64,000 bases of DNA, from the NCBI GenBank assembly GCA_963627065.1, contig CAVGAA010000004.1, positions 1,147-65,146 on the forward strand, read 5' to 3'. A program made the position numbers and the translations under genes. Shown piece after piece: positions 32,540-40,166 of this stretch; within the stretch, counting starts at the first letter, position 1; each line of letters opens with the position of its first letter. The notes under the pieces are model-generated. The model was given only the letters and a program-made list of their open reading frames with translations. It had not been told where the DNA came from and made no database searches. Origin of the DNA: a bacterium. Lineage in GTDB: Bacteria > Bacillota > Clostridia > Oscillospirales > CAG-272.

Positions 32540-34059
32540 TTGTGATACCTCGCAATCTTCATACTCGGCGTTCTGTCAAAATCTTTGTCACGAATGACGA
32601 TTTTGGTTGCCCTTTGGAAAGTCGGCAAAGAAAGATTCGTTTTTTCGAGTTCCTGCATCATATAGGCGTTTTTATCGGCGACGTCCAATTTTGCGAGAAC
32701 CGCTCCCCTCGGCACGATTTCAAGCGACAGAAAATGCCGTCCGCTTTCGTCAACGTCTTCAAAAAGTTGCGAATCCTGCACGAACGAAAGTTCATTGAAT
32801 CGGCTTTCCACCTCAGCCGGCGATACGTTTTCTCCGTTCGGAAGAATGATAACTTCCTTGATTCGTCCCGTGATATAGAGGAAGCCCCCGTCATCGATTT
32901 TCACAAGGTCACCGGTCCTGAACCAACCGTCAACATAGGCGGTTTTGTTGTCCTCGGGATTCACGTAGCCGTCCATCATATTTTTGCCTTTGAGCCACAA
33001 CTCGCCGTCAACGATTTTCAATTCCTGATTCGGATACGGAATGCCGACCGATGCGGGCTTTTTGTAATTTTCCGGATTTCCGCACACAAGGTTGGCACTT
33101 TCGGTTAAACCGTACCCTGCCAGCAGTACAATGCCGATTTTGCGATATTCTTCAATGAGATACGGGGCAACCGGTGCCGCACCGCAAATGATGCATTTGA
33201 GGTCGTTCCCGAGCATATTTTTGCCGAACTGCTTGGAGAGCGACAGAGCCATTTCGCAAAGAGCCGGAACGGCTACAAGAACCGTCGGTTTGAAAATTGC
33301 AATGTCACGGAACATATCTTTGTTATTCCGACAGATCCACAGCGTACTGCCGGTATAAAGCGACGTCATAAGATTCCGAATCAAGCCGAACACGTGCGAC
33401 AGAGGCAGGACAAGCAGGTATTTCTGCCCGAACACGTCACGAATTCCGTAACATCCGTTGACAGTCCCCTGCATCACGGCTTCGTGCGAAAGTTTTACGC
33501 CTTTGCTCTTTCCGGTTGTACCGCCGGTAAACATTACGACACAGGCATCGTGCGGAGCGACATCGGCAGGTTCTGTTGCGGTGTCGGCTTCCTCGCTTGT
33601 CAAAATGACTCGGCAGGCGGGATTTTTCTCGCCCAACGTTTTGGTTGTGTCGTGCAGGTCTGCATTGGTGATAACGGCTTTCAGACCGAACGACAGACTG
33701 CAACCGAGCAGAGCCGTATCGTTCAGGTGCGGAGGTAAAACAGCAACACATACACCGTAGGTTACGCCTGCTAAATAGGCTTTGACAAAATCGTAAGAAT
33801 TGCGGATGAAAACGCCGATGCCGTCGCCCTTTTTCAGTCCCGCATTTGAGAGTACCGTGCGGAATTTTGCAATGTCGGAGTCGATTTCGGCATAGGTGTA
33901 AGTTTTGCCGTTATCGGCAATGGCGGTTTTGTCGGCGTAGTTTTTTACGCAATGCCCCCACATACTTACCACGTCCGGATATTCGATAATTTTCGCAAAT
34001 GTTTCCGCAGATGTGTACTTTGCAAACAAATCTCTTGTGGTCATACCGTGTTCCCCCAA
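32533..34059 (-). CDS. AMP-binding acyl-CoA/acyl-ACP synthetase
   Basis: 508 aa. Motifs seen are FTGGTTGKSKGVKLSH, GYGLTESA and WFRTGDLVKIDDGGFLYITGRIKEVI. Confidence 0.8.
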   Translation of the reverse strand: MGEHGMTTRDLFAKYTSAETFAKIIEYPDVVSMWGHCVKNYADKTAIADNGKTYTYAEIDSDIAKFRTVLSNAGLKKGDGIGVFIRNSYDFVKAYLAGVTYGVCVAVLPPHLNDTALLGCSLSFGLKAVITNADLHDTTKTLGEKNPACRVILTSEEADTATEPADVAPHDACVVMFTGGTTGKSKGVKLSHEAVMQGTVNGCYGIRDVFGQKYLLVLPLSHVFGLIRNLMTSLYTGSTLWICRNNKDMFRDIAIFKPTVLVAVPALCEMALSLSKQFGKNMLGNDLKCIICGAAPVAPYLIEEYRKIGIVLLAGYGLTESANLVCGNPENYKKPASVGIPYPNQELKIVDGELWLKGKNMMDGYVNPEDNKTAYVDGWFRTGDLVKIDDGGFLYITGRIKEVIILPNGENVSPAEVESRFNELSFVQDSQLFEDVDESGRHFLSLEIVPRGAVLAKLDVADKNAYMMQELEKTNLSLPTFQRATKIVIRDKDFDRTPSMKIARYHKC

Positions 34060-34064
34060 TTATT

Positions 34065-34742
34065 TTAGTTGCGATGCCCTCGGTAAAATTCTTTCAGTTC
34101 GTTTTCTTTCTCAAAAATCGTTTTTGTCATGGTATCGATATATTCGAGCGGTGACACCGATCCGTCAAGCGAAATTGTAATGGGTTCGCCTATCACAATC
34201 ACCAACCGTTTGAAAATGTTCTTGCGGTTATGCACGTAAACGGGAATAACCGGTTTTCCGCTTTTGAGTGCCATGAGAACCGCTCCCGACTTGAAAGCCT
34301 GCATTTCTTCTTTATCCGTCACGTTGATATGCCCTTCGGGAAACATCGTAACGACACCGTCACCTTTGAGAATGCCGACAATTTCATGCACCGTTGCGGA
34401 ACTGACGTTTTCACGGTCAATGCGGATGCAGTGTGCAACAGTTCCGAACAGAAAGCGTTTGAAACGAGTCGAGAACAACTCTTTCGTAGCTATGAATCTC
34501 TGACGGCGGTAACCGACGGCAAGAACGAGATAAACGGGATCGCAAAAGCCGATATGATTGGAAATGAGTAATGCTCCGCCGTGAATTTTCTTTTTCGCAC
34601 GTTCGGAAATATAATATTTTTTCGGTCTGTACCAAATGAATGCCGTAACCAGAACAAAAGCGAAGGCTAAATCGTACAGAAAATGATTCCACCGATATTT
34701 CTTTTTTTCGCTCTCGGCATTCCGTTCTTTTTTACTTTTCAT
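34065..34742 (-). CDS. PlsC-family (lysophospholipid) acyltransferase 1
   Basis: 225 aa. It has an N-terminal TM segment, an HxxxxD box (SNHIGFCDP) and FPEGHIN. Confidence 0.75.
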   Translation of the reverse strand: MKSKKERNAESEKKKYRWNHFLYDLAFAFVLVTAFIWYRPKKYYISERAKKKIHGGALLISNHIGFCDPVYLVLAVGYRRQRFIATKELFSTRFKRFLFGTVAHCIRIDRENVSSATVHEIVGILKGDGVVTMFPEGHINVTDKEEMQAFKSGAVLMALKSGKPVIPVYVHNRKNIFKRLVIVIGEPITISLDGSVSPLEYIDTMTKTIFEKENELKEFYRGHRN

Positions 34743-35352
34743 ATGCCTCTAAATCAATGACCTTCTGTCGCAAAAATTCCGTAATGGCGTTCAGATTCGC
34801 ACGTTCGGTTTTGCTCCCGTCATACAAATCCCGACACAAAACAGGTTTTCCGATAACCACTTTCGTCCGCTTTCCGTGAAAATAATTTCCGCTTGTACGG
34901 ACGGGAATTATCGGCACGTCCGCATACAATGCAAGATAGACCGCTCCGGACTTGAATGCAAGGGGCGTTTCTTCCTCGGGGAGCGGAATCCTGCCCTCCG
35001 GAAAGATACCGACAACACCGCCACGGTCGAGAACCGTGCGGGATTTTTCGATAAAGCCGAAGTGGAATGAACCTCTGTCGACCTCAATTCCGCCCATGGC
35101 ACGCAGAAAATGCCCCAAAACTTTCTTCCTGAAAAGCACTTCCGCCATTTGATAACGCAATGTCCTCGTGAAGAAGACAAAGAGGAAAACGCCGTAATCG
35201 TAAACCGATGTATGATTGGAAACGATGATTGCCGGTCCTTTGATTTTCCTCGACTGCACCGATTTGTCTTCGTAAAAAACTTTTGTCCGAAAGACGATTT
35301 TCTGCAAGAGCCAACCGGTGATTTTGACAAACCAATTTACAAATGCTATCAT
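34732..35352 (-). CDS. PlsC-family acyltransferase 2
   Basis: 206 aa from the ATG at 35352 (MIAFVNWF...). The longer track ORF would overlap the upstream gene by 200 nt. It has an HxxxxD box (SNHTSVYDY) and FPEGRIP. Confidence 0.7.
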   Translation of the reverse strand: MIAFVNWFVKITGWLLQKIVFRTKVFYEDKSVQSRKIKGPAIIVSNHTSVYDYGVFLFVFFTRTLRYQMAEVLFRKKVLGHFLRAMGGIEVDRGSFHFGFIEKSRTVLDRGGVVGIFPEGRIPLPEEETPLAFKSGAVYLALYADVPIIPVRTSGNYFHGKRTKVVIGKPVLCRDLYDGSKTERANLNAITEFLRQKVIDLEAYEK

Positions 35353-35359
35353 AATGCTA

Positions 35360-37285
35360 TCACAATTTTTCGGAAAGGTACTCCGCAATACCGCCAACGG
35401 TTCTGAGCGATTCGGTCGCCGTATCGGGAAACGAAACGGCAAAATCTTCCTGCAACGATGATATGAGTGCAAAATAATCCAAACTGCTACCGCCCTCGTC
35501 CGTGAAAAAGTCCGAATCGATGCCGACCTCGTCCGCAGGCTTGGAAAGTGCCACTGCAAAATAAGTGCGGACTTTCAAGAGCAGTTCGTCCGTGACGGCG
35601 GTATTTTCCGTTTTGTTCCCCTGCCATGCGGTCATGGCACCGCTCTCGTAGTCGGCTTTGAGGCGTCGGCGGTTGAGTTTGAATTCATTCCCCACAATGA
35701 GGTCGTCGGTTGTCACAAAGATTTTTCCGACCTGCCCCGTGAGTTTCCGTTCGGTTATTTTCCGCTTTATTTCGGTGAGCAGTTTTTCGCCGTCCGTTCC
35801 CGACAGATGCCGATCGACCGACACGAGCAGTACGGCGAGTCCCCCGCCCTCTCCGCCGATGAGGCAAATGCCCTTTGCGTTTTCGCAGTGTAAACCGTCC
35901 TCAATCTGCACGGGATTGAGATTTTCACCGGTTGCGGAAACGATGAGATCGTCCGCACGTCCGAGCAGTTTATAACATCCTTTTTCGTATAGTGCCAAAT
36001 CGCAGGTTTTGTACCATTCGTTTTGAATCTGCGTTTTCCGTCCGTCCGCAAAAACATACTTGGCGGATGCCGTCCCACGAACGTACAGAATGCCCTCCCG
36101 CAACGTATATTCCGCCGACGGCAGAGGCACACCGACCGAACCGGAAACGATTTTTCTCCGACTTTGCGACAGTTCGACCGAAGTAATTCCAATCTCTGAC
36201 ATTCCGTAACCATTCGCAAGATGATAGCCGATATTGTTGAAAAAGCGTAACACATCCGTGTCGATACCGCTACCGCCGGAAATCATAAACCGGACACTGT
36301 CGCCGAAAAGATTTTCCCTCACCTCTGCAAAAGCCTTTTTCGTAAAGATTTTGCCGAGCGGTGAATTGCCGAGTCTGTCTGCAAGTTTCATACCGTGGCG
36401 GAATTGCTTTTCGGTCTTCTCCCCCCGTTCCCGAACGGTCTTCATTGCCTGACCGTACACCGTGTTCCAGAAGAGCGGAACGGCGAAAATATGCGTGACG
36501 CGGTGCTTGCGGATCGTCCCTAAAATTGTTTGCGGACGGAAATCGTTCAGTTTGACAAAAGTTCTCGAAAAGAAGCCGAACCACAGATAGACCGCAACGA
36601 AACCGAAAATATGGTAAAACGGCAGGAAAGTCAAAAGTTTCAACTGCCCGTGATAATGCTGTTTGATCCGCCGGTTGTGTCGCATCACGTAACGGCTGTT
36701 CTCGATGATTGTCGCAAGTTCTTTTGCACCGTAAGCACAAATTTTGACCGACGACGTGCCGGAAGAAAGCACGTAAAATTCTTCGCCGAATTCATCGCAG
36801 GAGTCGGTGCCGGTCCACTCCGGAATCCCCCCGAACAGAATTGTCGGGATTGAAAAAGTCTTGCCGTCCGATACGACCGCAACAACATGAAATTCCCGTA
36901 AAATCTCCTCGGTTTTCGCATCGTCGAATCTCGTATTGAGGAGCATCGGACAAAAACCTGCACGGAGAATCGCCCAAAATGCTATAATCCAGTCGCAGGA
37001 GTTTTCCATATAAAGCCCGACAACCGCCTGCGGTTTTGCCTGTGTTTTCTCGGTGATTGCACTTTTCAAGCCGTTCGATTTTTCGATGACTCGGTCATAC
37101 GCCTCTCCGTAAGTGATTTTCTTGATGCGGAGTCCGTCGGTTTCTTCGAAAAGGACGTTTTCACGCTCCGAGAACATCAAAGGGAAAAGGGACGGCATGG
37201 TTTTGTCCGACCTTTCGAGCAGTCCGATTTTATAATCCACATAACCGTCGATTTTTTTGAATCCGCCAAGATTATCGTATTTCAT
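35360..37285 (-). CDS. Adenylation (fatty acyl-AMP ligase-like) domain fused to a C-terminal carrier-protein domain
   Basis: 641 aa. Motifs seen are LSSGTSSVKICAYG, NGYGMSEIG and YKTCDL...GRADDLIV. The C-terminal thiolation motif is DEGGSSLDYFALISSL. Confidence 0.7.
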   Translation of the reverse strand: MKYDNLGGFKKIDGYVDYKIGLLERSDKTMPSLFPLMFSERENVLFEETDGLRIKKITYGEAYDRVIEKSNGLKSAITEKTQAKPQAVVGLYMENSCDWIIAFWAILRAGFCPMLLNTRFDDAKTEEILREFHVVAVVSDGKTFSIPTILFGGIPEWTGTDSCDEFGEEFYVLSSGTSSVKICAYGAKELATIIENSRYVMRHNRRIKQHYHGQLKLLTFLPFYHIFGFVAVYLWFGFFSRTFVKLNDFRPQTILGTIRKHRVTHIFAVPLFWNTVYGQAMKTVRERGEKTEKQFRHGMKLADRLGNSPLGKIFTKKAFAEVRENLFGDSVRFMISGGSGIDTDVLRFFNNIGYHLANGYGMSEIGITSVELSQSRRKIVSGSVGVPLPSAEYTLREGILYVRGTASAKYVFADGRKTQIQNEWYKTCDLALYEKGCYKLLGRADDLIVSATGENLNPVQIEDGLHCENAKGICLIGGEGGGLAVLLVSVDRHLSGTDGEKLLTEIKRKITERKLTGQVGKIFVTTDDLIVGNEFKLNRRRLKADYESGAMTAWQGNKTENTAVTDELLLKVRTYFAVALSKPADEVGIDSDFFTDEGGSSLDYFALISSLQEDFAVSFPDTATESLRTVGGIAEYLSEKL

Positions 37286-37309
37286 CGTCCTCTCACTGCC
37301 CCTTTATCA

Positions 37310-37362
37310 CCGAAAAACAAATCGCAACCGAAAAATAAGTCGCCCCGAAAAAACAAGTCCCC
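37310..37362. repeat. Three tandem 17-18-nt direct repeats in the leader of the lipid operon
   Basis: On the plus strand the units read CCGAAAAACAAATCGCAA / CCGAAAAATAAGTCGCC / CCGAAAAAACAAGTCCCC. They lie between the predicted -10 box (37378-37383) and the ATG (37285). Confidence 0.7.
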
Positions 37363-37377
37363 ATCTTAAATCTATTT

Positions 37378-37406
37378 ATTATACCATATTTTCGACAAAA
37401 AATCAA
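37378..37406 (-). promoter_or_regulatory. Putative sigma-A promoter of the lipid operon
   Basis: The minus strand reads TTGATT (37406-37401), a 17-nt spacer, and an extended -10 of TGgTATAAT (37386-37378). Confidence 0.5.
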
Positions 37407-37475
37407 CCGAAAATTCATATTTTCTTGCAGTTTGAAGACAGAATTCACGCTTTTCGGGTAGGGGAACGGGCGAAA

Positions 37476-37511
37476 ATGAAAAAAGAGAACCGCATTTTCA
37501 GCGATTCTCTT
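37476..37511 (-). terminator. Rho-independent terminator after the CE15-like esterase gene
   Basis: The minus strand reads AAGAGAATCGC, a loop, then GCGGTTCTCTT followed by TTTTTTCA. There is one mismatch in an 11-bp stem. Confidence 0.6.
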
Positions 37512-37531
37512 CAAAACTACTTTCTAAACTG

Positions 37532-38617
37532 CTATCTGTGCTTATCCATATAATCCATATAGATCTGCCAATCTTCACGACTGAGATAGTGCTTTCCGTG
37601 CCGAATGTGGTAAGAGAGATTTCCGCCCGATAAAACCTTTTTTGCAATCGGAATTTTGTCCTGTGTGACCAAACCGCTATTTCCGTAAAAGGTATCGTAT
37701 TTACCTGCTTGATAAAGGCACAGAAATTCGCTTACGGGATCTGCCCAAAGGTCTTCTTCCGCACCACCGACAAGAATGTGACGTGGCAGAGACAAAGCAA
37801 GCAGGAAATGTTGGTCGATTGGAATTTCTTTTCCCTCCTTTGCATTTCTTACAAAACGCGGGCAGAACCAAAACGGAAACACATCGGCGATCTGTTCGAC
37901 ACTTTCACCCTTCTTCATGCGAAGAAGAGCCGCACCGGAACAACCGGAATCATTTGAAATTACATAGCGAAATCTATCATCGTACGCAGACGCCAAAAGT
38001 GCCGCCTTGCCGAGTCGGGAATGTCCGATAACGGCAACTCTTTCACGGTCAATTTGCGGAATCGTTTCGATCATATCCATAACACGCATGGAGGCCCATG
38101 CCCACATGGCAATTTTTCCGGTTGCGTTTTCTTTCGTTCTGTCACGGCAAAGGACTTTGGCACAACCGTACGAAAAGTCGTTGCTATCAGTTGCGACTTC
38201 CTTATAGCAGAATGAAAAAATTGCATAGCCGTGATCGATAATTTCTTCAGTCGGTTGGTATATGTCGGGAATATGCGGTCGAAAATTGATATGGACGAAT
38301 GCCGGATTTTTGCCGTCCACTTTGTTCGGGATGACGGCTCGCACCGGAAACGAACAAAGCTCATTTCCCATAGCAATTATCAAATTATATAGCGAAAAAG
38401 TCGCTTTGCCTGCCAGAAATTCCGAATCGGTTTCCACAAGTTCCGCTTTGATACCGTCCGGTTTCGGTGGCATCATGCCGTATTCTTCCTCTTCGAGCAG
38501 GTGTCGCAAATACGGTTTTGCCTCATCAAGCATTCGGGCATTTGCAATCACCTGACCTTTTTCGTTTTCGAGTTGCGGTAAATGTCTTTCTTTAATTAGA
38601 GAATCCAAATAGTCCAT
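37532..38617 (-). CDS. Alpha/beta hydrolase, glucuronoyl-esterase (CE15)-like
   Basis: 361 aa from the ATG at 38617 (MDYLDSL...). The upstream part of the track ORF would overlap the preceding gene. The nucleophile motif IGHSRLGKAALLA resembles the CE15 G-x-S-R-x-G-K signature. Confidence 0.5.
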   Translation of the reverse strand: MDYLDSLIKERHLPQLENEKGQVIANARMLDEAKPYLRHLLEEEEYGMMPPKPDGIKAELVETDSEFLAGKATFSLYNLIIAMGNELCSFPVRAVIPNKVDGKNPAFVHINFRPHIPDIYQPTEEIIDHGYAIFSFCYKEVATDSNDFSYGCAKVLCRDRTKENATGKIAMWAWASMRVMDMIETIPQIDRERVAVIGHSRLGKAALLASAYDDRFRYVISNDSGCSGAALLRMKKGESVEQIADVFPFWFCPRFVRNAKEGKEIPIDQHFLLALSLPRHILVGGAEEDLWADPVSEFLCLYQAGKYDTFYGNSGLVTQDKIPIAKKVLSGGNLSYHIRHGKHYLSREDWQIYMDYMDKHR

Positions 38618-38627
38618 ACAATCGCCT

Positions 38628-40151
38628 TTACTGTTGCTTGGAAAAATCTTCCTTCCATTTTTGCAAAAGTTCCGATGTAGAGGTTGCACGTTTTCCGTAC
38701 TCGGACACGACAACATTCGTTTCCATTAAAACGACCTGCGTTATCAGAACACCGCAACCGCTTCCGGCTTCATACTCGTAAAGAAAATTTTTGGTTGCCG
38801 TTCCGGTAATAATATCAATCATATCTGCAATGCCGGTTTCTCTTGCGTATTTGATTTTCAGTGCCGTTTCATAGAACGGGAAAATCACACTACGGTAGGA
38901 TTCCGCACACAGAGCCTCGATAACGGTCGATGCAAATTCGGTTTCGTCCATACCTTTCAGAAAACCAACCATATCGGCGGAATTCTGCACATTTGTCGTA
39001 TATTCTTCCTGCTGTTCATCGAGCATCGGCAAAGGGACAATGGTATAGGTTTTTGTCATTTTCGACATATTTGAATTCATCAGAGTAGACATCCAGGACA
39101 CCTGAAAGAGCGTTCTGCCCTGTGCAAACTCCGCTCCGTTCTGGTAACTTTCTTCCCAGAAAACGCCTTCATTGTCGTCAAAAATCAAGTCGATAAGTTT
39201 ATCTGCGGCAGTCACTGCACGATTGACATCATAATCGAGAACAGCACACCCGTCCGCATCTCTCGAATAACGTTTTACGTCAAATCCGTACTCCAAAAAC
39301 TTGATCATCTCGATGTTTCCGATCGAAAGACCGACAAAATCACCGCTGTCTTTGAGACTGACGCCGTTTCCGTCCAAATCAACATAAGATTCCTTGACTC
39401 GTGTCTTCAATGCCTCGATTGTCCATTTGCGATCTTTGACCAATTCATACAGACCGTCAATCGTTTCATCTGCAAATTTGTTGTTATACTCGGTTAAATT
39501 AACCATCATGATACCGCATCTGGTATAATTGGTTAAGCAAATATCGCCGATGAGAAATTTGCGATGATTGATGTCAAAGGACACCTCATTGATGGCATCG
39601 TTCCACCACCAAGGCGATTGCAGGGAAAGCCTTGTCATATCATCGACATCTTGATACAGACCGAAATTGCCGAGTTGAATTGCGGAATTGCCCATAGTGT
39701 AGATGGCATGGTAGGACTCGGGGGCGGACTGCTGAATATTCTTGACCTCGGTTGCAAAATCGACAAAAGATTTTGCGGAGGACATTTTGTTGATAATTGA
39801 GCATTTCAAACGCTGCTCAACGGAGCGATTACGTGAATAAACCGCATCTTTGACAATGTCACCGGTATATTCCGTGCCTTCTACATCCAATTCATACTGC
39901 TCTTTGAATGTCAAAGTGAGAAATTCTTTGTTTTCGTAATCCAAATTTTCCGGTAAATTGTCCTTTGTGTCCGCACGTTTTGAAAGGTCGGACAGATCTC
40001 TTGAACCGTCACCACCGTCATTCGTTTCTGCTTCGGTCGTAATCTCCTCACCGGAGGTACTTTCTTCTTTTGCCGGCGTTTTCTCACCGCAGGATACGAC
40101 AGCTCCCATGAAGATGAGAATTGCCAACAGCAATGCAAATCGTTTTATCAT
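38628..40151 (-). CDS. Lipoprotein resembling the large (~500-aa) sugar ABC solute-binding proteins of the LplA/YtcQ type
   Basis: 507 aa. The lipobox is GAVVSC. Size and general sequence character fit this class. No permease or ATPase genes are adjacent. Confidence 0.4.
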   Translation of the reverse strand: MIKRFALLLAILIFMGAVVSCGEKTPAKEESTSGEEITTEAETNDGGDGSRDLSDLSKRADTKDNLPENLDYENKEFLTLTFKEQYELDVEGTEYTGDIVKDAVYSRNRSVEQRLKCSIINKMSSAKSFVDFATEVKNIQQSAPESYHAIYTMGNSAIQLGNFGLYQDVDDMTRLSLQSPWWWNDAINEVSFDINHRKFLIGDICLTNYTRCGIMMVNLTEYNNKFADETIDGLYELVKDRKWTIEALKTRVKESYVDLDGNGVSLKDSGDFVGLSIGNIEMIKFLEYGFDVKRYSRDADGCAVLDYDVNRAVTAADKLIDLIFDDNEGVFWEESYQNGAEFAQGRTLFQVSWMSTLMNSNMSKMTKTYTIVPLPMLDEQQEEYTTNVQNSADMVGFLKGMDETEFASTVIEALCAESYRSVIFPFYETALKIKYARETGIADMIDIITGTATKNFLYEYEAGSGCGVLITQVVLMETNVVVSEYGKRATSTSELLQKWKEDFSKQQ

Positions 40152-40166
40152 TTGTTAACCCCTTTC

